Source of the DNA: an uncultured Chloroflexia bacterium
GTDB lineage: Bacteria > Chloroflexota > Anaerolineae > CG2-30-64-16
Reading direction: 5' to 3'
NCBI GenBank assembly: GCA_963695715.1
Contig: CAVOHP010000026.1
Span: 818 to 64,817, forward strand
DNA: 64,000 nucleotides
Positions 30,618 to 40,853 of this stretch are shown in pieces. The notes beneath the pieces are model-generated. The model was not told the DNA's origin. It was given only the letters and a program-made list of their open reading frames with translations, and ran no database searches. How positions within the stretch are numbered: the first letter of the stretch is position 1; the number at the start of each line of letters is the position of its first letter. The position numbers and the translations under genes are program-made.

Positions 30618-31611
30618 ATGATCTATTCAGCCGCAGATGAACGGTACGACACGATGCAGTATCGGCGGAGCGGACGAAGCGGGCTGCTCTTGCCGGCGGT
30701 CTCGCTGGGCCTATGGCATAACTTCGGCGGGGTGGACACCGAAGAGAACGCCCGCGCGATGCTGAGGCGGGCGTTTGATCTGGGCGTCACACATTTTGAT
30801 CTGGCGAACAATTATGGGCCGCCGCCCGGATCGGCGCAAGACACCTTCGGGCGGATCTTCAAGCAGGATTTCGCGCCGTATCGTGACGAGCTGATCATCT
30901 CGGACAAGGCGGGCTATCGGATGTGGCCGGGGCCGTATGGCGAGTGGGGTTCACGCAAGTATCTCATCGCCAGCCTGGATCAGGGCCTCAAGCGGATGGG
31001 GCTGGAATATGTAGATATTTTTTACAGCCATCGCCTCGACCCGGACACACCGTTGGAAGAGACGATGATGGCGCTGGACTATGCGGTGCGCAGCGGGCGC
31101 GCGCTGTATGCGGGGATCTCGTCTTACCCGCCCGAACAGACGCGTGAAGCGGCGCGGCATCCTGCGCGAGCTGGGCACGCCCTGTTTGATCCACCAGCCT
31201 TCTTACAACATGTTCAACCGGTGGGTGGAAGATGGGCTGCTCGATGTGCTGTTGGAGGAGGGCATCGGCTGCATTGTCTTCTCGCCGCTTGCTCAGGGGT
31301 TGCTCAGCGATAAGTATCTTGAGGGTGTGCCGGAGGGGTCGCGCGCCTCGAAGCCGCATGGCTTCCTGCGCCCGCAGCACATCACCGACGAAAAGATCGC
31401 AAAGGTGGAGGCGCTGAACGTGATCGCGCAGGCGCGCGGGCAGAGCCTGGCGCAAATGGCGCTGGCGTGGGTGTTGCGCCATCCGGGCATGACTTCGGCG
31501 CTGATCGGGGCGAGCACGGTGGAGCAGGTGGAGGACTCCGTTGCGGCGCTGGATCATCTGGCCTTCAGCGCGGAAGAGCTCGAAGACATCGAAGCGGTCT
31601 TACGCGTGTGA
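30618..31611 (+). CDS. aldo/keto reductase, YghZ/Gpr-like, one frame change (about 31150)
   Basis: ORF 30618..31313 ([50 protein letters not shown]) plus ORF 31081..31611 ([30 protein letters not shown]). It aligns along its length with E. coli YghZ as I remember it. Confidence 0.85.
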
Positions 31612-31625
31612 GGGAGGAGGGCAAA

Positions 31626-32972
31626 ATGACAGATTTGCCGCGGATACAGGTGAGCGATAATCGGCGCTTTCTGATGACCGAGGATGGCGAACCGTTTTTC
31701 TGGCTGGGCGATACGGCGTGGGAGCTGTTTCACCGGTTGAATCGGGAGGAGGCGCGATTGTATTTCGCGGATCGGGCGGCCAAACGCTTCACCGTGATTC
31801 AAGCGGTGATCCTGGCCGAGTTGAATGGGCTGACCGATCCCAACGCCTACGGCGACCTGCCGCTGGATGGCGGCGATCCCGCGCGTCCGGTGGAAGCCTA
31901 TTTCCGATTGGTGGATGAGTATGTGCAGATGGCGGCGGACTACGGCCTGTACGTGGGGTTGCTGCCTACGTGGGGCGACAAGGTGTATGCCGCGTGGGCG
32001 CAGAACTCGCCGGCCATCCTGGACGCAGAGCGCGCCCGAGCGTATGGTCACTGGCTGGGGGAGCGATATCGGGAGCAGACGAACATCATCTGGGTGATCG
32101 GCGGGGACCGACCGGCCGTGCATGGTGATGTGGATGATCGCCCGGTATGGCGCGCGATGGCCGAAGGTATTGACGCCGCGACGGGTGGGGTCGCATTGAT
32201 GACCTACCATCCCAATGGAGGGTGCAGTACCTCTGCCTGGTTGCAAGACGAAGATTGGTTGGACATTCACATGATGCAATCGGGGCACGGCGGCGGGTCG
32301 GATGTGCCGGTTTGGGACTGGATCACGGCGGATTATGGGCTTGAGCCGGCGCGCCCCGTGCTGGATGGGGAACCCAATTACGAAGATCATCCCGTCAAGC
32401 CGTGGCCGACCTGGGATCCGCGGAATGGGTTCTATCGGGATCACGATATCCGCAAACAGTTATATCGCTCGGTGTTTGCGGGCGGGTGCGGCGTGACTTA
32501 CGGGCATCATGATATCTGGCAGATGTATGGGCCGGGAAAGCAATTGCGCAATCAACCGCCGGGTTACGAAGAGTATTACTGGTTCGAGGCGCTGAACCGT
32601 CCGGGCGCGGCCCAGGTGCGTTGGCTGAGAGCGTTAATGCTGTCGCGGCCATACCTGACCCGAATCCCGGATCAGAGCTTGCTGGTGTCGGATCCCGGCG
32701 AGGGCGGCGCACACGTGCGCGCGACGCGCGATCGGGAGGGCAGCTATGCCTTCATCTATCTGCCTCTGCCGACGCCGGTGACGGTGACACTCGAACCTCT
32801 CAGCGGCGAGCGGATCGTCGCATGGTGGTATGACCCCGTTTCGGGCGCAGCGAGTCGCATCGGTGAATTTCCCGGTGAAGGCGTGCGGACTTTCACGCCG
32901 CCGGGTCATCGGCCGGATTGGGTGCTGGTACTCGACGATGCGGCGAGGGGGTTTGCACCACCCGGCGCGTGA
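31626..32972 (+). CDS. DUF4038/GH140-like glycoside hydrolase
   Basis: Internal ATG at 31626 with a GGAGGAGGG RBS: [43 protein letters not shown]. The reading frame is intact to 32972. Confidence 0.65.
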   Translation: MTDLPRIQVSDNRRFLMTEDGEPFFWLGDTAWELFHRLNREEARLYFADRAAKRFTVIQAVILAELNGLTDPNAYGDLPLDGGDPARPVEAYFRLVDEYVQMAADYGLYVGLLPTWGDKVYAAWAQNSPAILDAERARAYGHWLGERYREQTNIIWVIGGDRPAVHGDVDDRPVWRAMAEGIDAATGGVALMTYHPNGGCSTSAWLQDEDWLDIHMMQSGHGGGSDVPVWDWITADYGLEPARPVLDGEPNYEDHPVKPWPTWDPRNGFYRDHDIRKQLYRSVFAGGCGVTYGHHDIWQMYGPGKQLRNQPPGYEEYYWFEALNRPGAAQVRWLRALMLSRPYLTRIPDQSLLVSDPGEGGAHVRATRDREGSYAFIYLPLPTPVTVTLEPLSGERIVAWWYDPVSGAASRIGEFPGEGVRTFTPPGHRPDWVLVLDDAARGFAPPGA

Positions 32973-32997
32973 GCCTGAGTAGTCTGTGTTGAATTCC

Positions 32998-33064
32998 GTC
33001 ATGTCGAACGGAGTGAAGCATCTCCGGTTACAGCGCCGAGACGCTTCACTCCGTTCGGTATGAC
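32998..33064. repeat. REP-like palindromic element or terminator after the GH140-like gene
   Basis: CGAACGGAGTGAAGC (33005-33019) pairs with GCTTCACTCCGTTCG (33043-33057), with flanking GTCATG/GTATGAC extensions. Confidence 0.6.
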
Positions 33065-33160
33065 AGAGGATCGAAGTGAGCGAGAGGGGCGGGAGTGCAA
33101 GAAAAACCAAATTAGAGCGTCCTCGGGCTGGACCGTTGGGACGGGGTTCTGGCGGGCAGC

Positions 33161-34696
33161 GTGTTTGTGTTGGGGTTTTCGCTTTACATAAGAACGCTCG
33201 CGCCGAGCGTGCTCCTGGGGGATAGCGCCGAGTTTCAGACGCTGGCGTATACGTTGGGGATGGCGCATAACACCGGTTATGCCGTTTATCTGCTGCTTGG
33301 CAAGCTGCTGACCTGGCTGCCGATCGGGGAGGCGGCGTGGCGAGTGAATTTGCTGTCGGCCATTGCCGCGGCAGTGACCCTGGCCGCGGTATATCTGGTT
33401 GCGCGACTGGTGAGCGGCCGGCGCGCGTATGGGGTCGTCGCGGCGCTGGCGCTGGGCGTCAACTATCTGTTCTGGTGGCAGGCGGTCATTGCGGAGGTCT
33501 ATACCCCGGCGGCGGCGTTCACCATGAGCGTGTTGCTTGCTGGTGATCCTGTGGGATCGAACGCGGCGCACGGGGTTGCTTTTCGGGGCGGGGGTGGTCG
33601 GTGGGTTGGCGTTCGGCGTGCATGCGCTGGTGGGGCTGATTGCGCCCGCAGTGGTGATCTATCTTCTGGCGGCAAAGGCGCACCGACGGGATTGGTTGTG
33701 GGCCGCAGGTGGGGCGATCACGGGGCTGCTGGGCGCGGCCGCAGCGTATCTGCTGATTGACGCGATCAACTCTCCCGCGAGCATCATTCACACGTTTCGC
33801 GCCCACGCGAATGCCTTTGGGTTGGAGCGCGCGGATTTCGACTCGGCGCTCACGCGGATCGGGTTCATTGTAACCGCGCGACAGTGGAGCGATCAGGTAC
33901 TCAACAGCTCACCGCAGCGGATGCTGGCAGGTGTGGCGCAGTATTGGGGCGCGATGTTGGAGACCTTTGGAGTCCTGGTGGTGGGGTTGATGCTGATCGG
34001 CGCAGTATATCTACTGATGCGGCGACCCCGACGAGAGGGCGCGCTGCTGCTGATGGCATGGCTGGGGATGTTCCTGTATCTGACGAACTACCATGTCGGC
34101 GACATTCAGGTGTTCTATGTGCCGAGCTATGCGATTCTGAGCGTGTTTCTGGCGATGGGCCTGGTCGGCATCGAGGATGTGGCGCGGCCTGTTGCCCATA
34201 GACTGACGCCGGGCGCGGAGGGTGAGCGCCGGCTGCTCACCGTGGTGCAAGGCGCGCTGGTGTTGATGGTGCTCTTTGCAATGGCGCCGCAACGCGACCA
34301 TGTGATCAAATCGGTGAAGCGGGGGCGCATCGCGTTTCTGAAGGAGCAGGATGCCGGATGGCCGTATCCGGTCAATGACCCCTATGAGCCGCGCCTGCGG
34401 CGCGCCGGCTGGCTTCGATGATCGGGGAGTCGGATGCGGTGGTCCTGCTGCCGTGGGATCGGCTTTACCCGTTCTGCTATGTTGCGCACGTCGAGCAGGA
34501 GAAAACGGGAACGACCTGCCTTGAAATCATGCCCTATGGGACGAACGGAGTGACGCAGTCGCTGCGCGAGACGCTACGTGACGAGATCGCCGTGCGCCCG
34601 GTCTATCTGGGGAGCGAGTTGAGGGAACTCCGTGGCGAATTCGATTTCACGCGCGTTTCGGGCATGGAGGAGCTTTATCGGTTGGAAAAGAAGTAA
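33161..34696 (+). CDS. DUF2723-type polytopic membrane protein (GT-C-like), 2 frame changes (about 33545 and 34405)
   Basis: ORF 33161..33760 (TLAPSVLLGDSAEFQTLAYTLGMAHNTGY), ORF 33537..34421 (multiple TM helices), and ORF 34418..34696 (AVVLLPWDRLYPFCYVAHVEQ). Confidence 0.65.
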
Positions 34697-34770
34697 CGCG
34701 CGCGGTCATTTGTGCGAAGCTTGCAAGCGCTTTATACTTTGACCATCATCATATCAAGGGAGAAGCAGTC

Positions 34771-35268
34771 ATGGCGGATGTGCAACAGGATTTGACGGTG
34801 GAGGATCTGGCGCTGCTGGGGCGCGCCCTGGTGTTGGCAGGGGGGACGGTCGCAATTGCGCGCTTCAGCGGCGCGCGCGGGACGATTCAAGAGTTCGAGG
34901 CGATCATCGCCGAGGCGGAAGATCTGCGGCGCGAAAATCCGGATAACCCGGCGCTGCAAGGCTTGCCAATCGACGCGATGCGTCAGGAGGCGATGGCGTT
35001 GGGCCGGGATTACGATGCGGATCCGACCCAATCGGCGTATCAGGATTTCAAGATGTCCGCGCTCAACCGGTTGAGCCAGGCCAACGAAGTGCTCATGCAG
35101 AAAGCGATGCCGGAACAGGCGGATGCGTATCGCCAGGGGGTGTTACGTGTTTGCGAGCGCGTCGCCCGGGCGCGCAGCGAGGGCGGCTTTATGGGGATCG
35201 GCGCGACGCCGGTGGATTATCGTGAGTCGGCCGCTATCGAGGAGATCGGCCGGGTGTTGGGTGGGTGA
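34771..35268 (+). CDS. hypothetical protein
   Basis: Intact 165-aa ORF with coding-like composition. No motif recognised. Confidence 0.5.
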   Translation: MADVQQDLTVEDLALLGRALVLAGGTVAIARFSGARGTIQEFEAIIAEAEDLRRENPDNPALQGLPIDAMRQEAMALGRDYDADPTQSAYQDFKMSALNRLSQANEVLMQKAMPEQADAYRQGVLRVCERVARARSEGGFMGIGATPVDYRESAAIEEIGRVLGG

Positions 35269-35287
35269 GCGCAGGGGCGAGCACGCG

Positions 35288-35454
35288 GATGCCTTTCCGG
35301 TGATCACGATGGGCAGCGACTACTGGGGACCGCTGCGCGATTTCATGCAGGATACGATGATCCGACGGGCACGATCGGCCCGGACGACCTTGCGTTGGCG
35401 AGCTTAACCGATTCGGTGGATGAGGCCATTGATATTATCAAACGAACACTGTAG
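35288..35454 (+). pseudogene. C-terminal remnant of a LOG/TIGR00730-family (lysine-decarboxylase-like) gene
   Basis: DAFPVITMGSDYWGPLRDFMQDTMI, then (shifted) GPDDLALASLTDSVDEAIDIIKRTL-stop. It matches the usual LOG C-terminus (P.....YW..L..........I...DL......D...EA). The ~150-aa N-terminal part is absent. Confidence 0.5.
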
Positions 35455-35456
35455 CG

Positions 35457-35894
35457 ATGAATCGTCGCAAGTCTTCCGGGCAGAGATAGGGCAACTGGAA
35501 GAAATGCGCCAATTCGTCGAGGTCAGGGCGGCAGAGCTGGGGGCGGTGGAAGCGGCCGTGCATGACGCAGCGCTTGCGACGGACGAAGCCGTCTGCAATC
35601 TCGTTGAGCACGGCTATGAGCGTAAGGACGGGCCGATCGAAATATGCGTCGAACGTGCGGGCGGATGATCTTCTCATCCGGATTCGTGACCGGGCGCCGG
35701 CGTTCGATCCCACCGCTTACCCTGCGCCCGATTTGACCGTGCCGTTGGAGCAGCGCAAACCGGGCGGCTTCGGCATTTACCTGATGAGGCAGGTTATGGA
35801 CGATGTCTCATACCGCCGTATGCCGGATGGACGGAATGAACTGTTGCTGGTGCGCCGGTCTGCTTTCGACCGCGAAAGCAGTCGGACTGTGTGA
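35457..35894 (+). CDS. anti-sigma regulatory factor, RsbW/SpoIIAB-type Ser kinase (HATPase_c), 1-2 frame changes
   Basis: ORF 35420..35668 (VFRAEIGQLEEMRQFVEVRAAELG...ALATDEAVCNLVEHGY) joins ORF 35562..35894 (DDLLIRIRDRAPAFDP...KPGGFGIYLMRQVMDDVSY) at about 35660. The start is not settled. Confidence 0.7.
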
Positions 35895-35914
35895 CTATGC
35901 GGGGAGCGTGAACG

Positions 35915-36325
35915 ATGGAAATCGTGGTATCACAGCAAGAGGGCCGAATCCCGATCACTGTGTTGGGGCTTTCGGAGCGCCTTGACGGATCGAATTACAC
36001 GCAACTGATTGCCAGGGCGCAGGAGGAATACATTGCCGGGGCGCGTGATTTCTTGCTCGATCTCAGCGAGGTGACTTATATGAGCAGCGCCGGCCTGATT
36101 GCGCTGCATGTCATTGCGATGCTCACGCTTTATGGGGTTGTGCCGGAGGAAGAGTCGGGCTGGGAATCGTTCAGGGCGCTCGGGCGCGATGTTAAGGGCG
36201 GGTATCAACCGCATCTGAAGCTGTTAAGCCCGCAACCGAAAGTTGAGAAGGTGCTCAACATGTCGGGGATGGATCAGTATTTGCAAATCTTCACTGACTT
36301 GCAGGCGGCGGTGGACGCGTTCTAA
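35915..36325 (+). CDS. STAS-domain anti-sigma-factor antagonist
   Basis: Intact 136-aa ORF with LLDLSEVTYMSSAGLIAL (phosphorylatable Ser context). Confidence 0.75.
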   Translation: MEIVVSQQEGRIPITVLGLSERLDGSNYTQLIARAQEEYIAGARDFLLDLSEVTYMSSAGLIALHVIAMLTLYGVVPEEESGWESFRALGRDVKGGYQPHLKLLSPQPKVEKVLNMSGMDQYLQIFTDLQAAVDAF

Positions 36326-37855
36326 GTTTCGCGCCGGGTGACGAACGGGCGGCCTTCGGCCTGACAGATCGCTTTGATGGCGTCGCGACCGGAGGCCGCC
36401 GACAATTGCACGTTGCCGCCCGGCTCGACCCAATGGCCGATCATATAGAAATTTTCAAGATTCGGCAGGGTCTTGTCCATGCCTAGGCCCGTCATCGTGG
36501 ACATCTTGCGCATTGACATCGCCCAACCGGCGAAGGCGCCCCGCCAGTTGCCGGTATAGCGTTCATAGGTGACGGGCGTTGCTACATCCACCGTTTCGAC
36601 CCTGGCGCGCAGGCCGGGGTAGCGCGCATCCAATGCGCCGATGATCTGCTCCGCAACGCGGTCTTTTGCCGCGTCGTAGGCCGTGCGATTCATTCGAAGG
36701 ACCTTCCAGAAAGCATAATCGGCCTCGCACCAGACGCTGAGAACCGATTTTCCCGGCGGCGCCATGGTCGGATCGAACGCGTAATGTTTCAACACGAGCC
36801 GGTCATGCAGGATGCCGGCCAGATTGAGTGGGCGGTGCAAGGGAAAATTGAGCATCGGCGGCTCGCCCGTGAAGTCGTGCGCGACGCCCAGCGCCACCTG
36901 GAGAATGGATTTGGCAGGCTTCATGTTCTGATAACGGCTGCGGATCGTCTCGTCTGTGTAGCGGGCGTCGAGGAGATCGAAGATGGTGCTGTGACCATCG
37001 CAGGCGGAAATGACGATGTCGGCGTAGTGCTTGCTGCCGTCTGCCAGCTCGACTCCGATGGCGCGACCGGGTTGACGATCGTCGGGGGTGTCCTCGATGA
37101 GGATGCGCCGGACGCGCGCCTTGTAGTGGATTGTCCCTCCGGCCGCTTCATAGCGCTCCGCCAGGGCCTGAGCCAGCGGCAGCGAACCGCCAATGGGGTA
37201 GCCGGATTCGTGATCGTTCATTTCGGCCAGCGTCGCCAGTGCGAACATGGCCGGGAAATCGGGCGGGGTGAGCTGGAAAAATGCGGGCAACGCGGCGCGC
37301 AGTAAAGGGTCCTGGAAGCGTTGCGCGAATTCGCGCAGCGGCACGGTGATCCAACTCAGCGCGGGAAGCGCGACGGGGAGCATTTGCCCGCCCAACTGCG
37401 CCCATTCGAGGATGCCGGCGGGTGTCAGATCCAGCGGCAGGGCCATGCGGGTGAATTGACGGATGGCCTGTGTGAACTCACGAATGGGCTCTTCGTCAAC
37501 CGGCGACGAGCGCGAGCATGTGCGCTTCGAGACGGTCTACATCGGCATAGAGTTTGAAGGCGCGTCCGTGGCGATCTTCATAGCGGGAGAATTCATCGTA
37601 GTAGTGGATGGGCGTATCTTGAAGGATGCCGAGTTCATCCCATAATGCGTGCGTGTCGGATTGTGGGCTGGTCCCGTTGAGATAGCGCACTGCGCCGTCG
37701 AAGACGTACTCTCCGCGCTGCCAGGAGGTGCAGAGGCCACCCGGCAAGAAGTGAAGCTCGAAGATCTGCGAATCATATCCATTGCGCTGGGCATAGCAGC
37801 CGGCCGATAATCCGGCCATGCCGGCGCCGATGATCAGAATTGTTTTGGCGCTCAT
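36322..37855 (-). CDS. phytoene-desaturase-family NAD(P)/FAD-dependent oxidoreductase, one frame change (about 37490)
   Basis: MSAKTILIIGAGMAGLSAG...FLPGGLCTS (ORF 37496..37957, internal Met) plus ORF 36322..37446. Confidence 0.75.
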
Positions 37856-37986
37856 TAAGGTACTCCCGTGAAGTGATCTTGAGATGAAGTACGTCAGAAC
37901 ATGTAGAAGGTCACGCGCGCGATGCAGACGGGCTTGACCGGTTGCGCGGGTTGGCATAGGATGGAGCGGAGAGGTTTGGCTTTGCT

Positions 37987-38866
37987 GTGTTAGAGAAGTT
38001 CACCGAACGGTTGAATGGTTGGTTCATACAGGCGGACGCGCGGTCGCATGGGACGCTTGGCGTGCTCGGCTCGACTGCGAAGCGGCTGAGCCTGGTGCGC
38101 GCGCCGGAGGCGGCCGCGAGCCTCGCCTATTACGCGTTGTTCACTTTGTTCCCTCTATTGATTCTGGTGGTGGTCGTTGGGACGTCCTATCTACGCAGCG
38201 ACGTGGTCTATGGGGCTGTCGCGGAGGCGCTCCACGGGATCTTCCCGGTGGTCGGCGAAGAACTGATTCGCGATAATCTTGAAACACTGATGCAACAGCG
38301 GACCTCAGTTGGGGTTTTCGGATTGGTCGCTCTGATTTGGGCGGCATCGAGCTTCTTTGCGGTGCTGGTGCAACACATCAATCTCGCATTTCCGGCGGCG
38401 CGTCCGGGCAACGTTATTCGGCATCGCCTGTTTGCCCTGTTGATCGTTTTGTTGGTATTGCTTCTGTTCATGGCATCGCTGATTCTCAGTGGCATCACCA
38501 GCGTCTTTCGCAGCGCGCAGTTCTTCTCCCTCTTCCCGACCGAAACGGTCTGGGAGACGGTATCGGTTGTGGCCCCGTGGGTGCTGTCGTTCCTGATGTT
38601 TGCGGCGTTGTATCGTTGGGTGCCGACGCATGTGGCGAGCTGGCAGGCAACCGCGATCGGCGCGTTGTGCGCGGCGATTGCGTGGCAGTTGGCCGCGATG
38701 CTTTTCGGCTGGTTTGTCTCCAGCGGAATGTTCTAACTATGAGCTGGTGTACGGGTCGCTGGCGGCGCTCATGGGCTTGCTGGTCTGGATTTACGTCAGT
38801 TGCTATATTGTGCTGCTGGGGGCGCATCTTGCGGGATCGGTGGATGTGCGGGTACGGCGGCGATGA
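37987..38866 (+). CDS. YihY/BrkB-family membrane protein, one frame change (about 38730)
   Basis: ORF 37987..38736 (AASLAYYALFTLFPLLILVV) plus the tail in ORF 38600..38866 (YGSLAALMGLLVWIYVSCYIVLLGAHL). Confidence 0.8.
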
Positions 38867-38883
38867 CGGGCATCTGCACTAAA

Positions 38884-38912
38884 AAGGGCATGGCGCACAA
38901 CGCCATGCCCTT
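38884..38912. terminator. bidirectional rho-independent-type terminator between convergent genes
   Basis: AAGGGCATGGCG (38884-38895) pairs with CGCCATGCCCTT (38901-38912), with a 5-nt loop. It is flanked by an A-run on one side and TGTGCTGTT on the other. Confidence 0.7.
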
Positions 38913-38932
38913 TGTGCTGTTCAGACGACAGT

Positions 38933-40595
38933 TCAGGAAGGCGGGGTGGGCGATTTCTGAGCCTGCTCAGCGGGCCGGCCCTGCGGGCGACCGAGAACAC
39001 GGCGCGCTGCGGGCAGCGGCGCGGTGTCGTTATAGCGGTAGTATGCGTAGTAGGACTTGCTGGCCATCGGCACATGGGTCAGCACGGCGCCCAGGACACG
39101 CGCGTTGACCTGTCGCAGGCTCTCGATGGCGCGGGCCGCCTCATCGCGGCGCGTGCTGCCGGCGCGAATGATCAGGAGGACGCCATCAACAAGGGTCGCA
39201 AGGGTCGTTGCATCGGACGCGAGATTGACGGGTGGGCTGTCAATGACGAGAATGTCCGCCAGTTCTTCGGTCCTGTCTACAACCTGTTTCATGCGTTGTG
39301 AACCCAACAGGATGGATGGGTTGGGCGGCAGCGGGCCGGTCGGCAAGACGCGCAGACCCGGCACGGCGGTCTCGAAGAGCACGCTTTCGGGGTCAATCTC
39401 AGGATCGCGCAATAGCGTGGTCAGGCCGACGTGGTTGCTGAGTTTGAAGCGGCTATGAATTGCGGGACGACGCAGGTCGGCGTCAATCAGGATGACCTGC
39501 TGGCCGCGCTGCGCCAGGGCGGCTGCCAGGTTGGCGGCCGTGGTAGATTTGCCTTCGCTGGCCGTCGGGCTGACGATGAGTACGCGCTTGATTGGTTGGT
39601 CCGGCGAAGTGAACTCCAGATTCGTACACAGGACGCGATAGGACTTCTGCTGCAGGGGTCAGGCTTTGGCGGACGATGATTGGCTCGTCGTCGCTTTGCG
39701 CGCCTTCGATCAAGGGCACGGATGCAAGCGTGGGCAGCGCCACGACCTTCTGCACTTCTTCCGTTGAATGCACGGTGTCATCCATGTAGTCCATCACGTA
39801 GCAAGCGGCGACCGCGAGCAAGAATCCGAGCGCCGTGTTCAGCAGGATGATGGGGATACGATTGGGATCAACCGGGCGGGTTGGGAACTCGGCTTGCTCG
39901 ATGACGCTGATCTGGTTGACTGCACCGCTTTGGAGATTATCGAGCAGTCCGCCATAGTTGGCGCGCAGATCGCTCAACTTCTGTTGCAGCACCAGGATAT
40001 CGTTCTGAGTGTCCGCAATCTCACGCGCACTCAGGAGGCTGGCGAGTTCGTCTTGTTTGCGGCTGATTTCGGTCTTGGTATCTTCGATGCCGATTTCCAA
40101 CTCGGCAAGCTGTCTGTTGATGAAGTCCTGGCGTTGCTGTTCTTCGGGGTTGAGATTGCTGGGGCTTTGCAGGACGAGTTGGCGCACGAGTTCATCGGCG
40201 ACAGCCTTCGTGCGCGCCGGATCAATATCTTCGACCGTGAGTTGAATCAACTGGGTGTTCGGCACGGTGGCGACCGTGTAGTCGGGAAGGGAGGTCAGAC
40301 CCAGCGTCCTCATGGTTGCGGTGCGGATCGGTTGCCGGCGCAAGACCTCGGCATAGGTGTTTGCGAGCTGTTGGGCCAGGGCGAGATCGTTGTTGGTCGG
40401 GTTGGATGTTTCGATGGCGCGACCGACCAGCACGGTGGTGCTGGCTCGATAGGTGGGCACGATGCGCCCTGTCGCGATGATGCTTGCGATCATCGCGATG
40501 AGCGGCGCCAGCACCAGAAGCCACCATCGCTCGCGTAGTGGGCGAATGAGGTCTTTTAGTTCCACAGAGGTTGTCGCTCCATTGGGTCCGGCCAC
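38933..40595 (-). CDS. polysaccharide co-polymerase / tyrosine autokinase (Wzz domain fused to a CpsD/Wzc-type kinase), one frame change at the G4 run 39655-39658
   Basis: ORF 39483..40595 (Wzz-like; coiled region; second TM). The kinase part has Walker A SPTASEGKSTTAANLA, ILIDADLRRP and ILVIDSPPV, plus a Tyr-rich tail SKSYYAYYRY (ORF 38933..39412 and its unlisted upstream extension, which I translated). Confidence 0.85.
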
Positions 40596-40853
40596 AATTG
40601 ACGGGCGATATGGCCCGATTAAAGTGCGCCGGTTGAGTTCGTTGTGTCAGCAATGGCCGGACATCAGGAAATACCGGGGTCATTGTACCCTTGTGCACGG
40701 CGCTGTGTCAACAAATACACTTCCATGAACATAGACGCTTCTCAAGTTATGGGGGATCGTCGTTGTATGCCCAACAGACATGGCGGCGAGGCGTCGGGGA
40801 CGCTGTAACGCCTCGCCGTATCTGGGATTGCGCGCCCTGCAAGCCTCGGCGAA

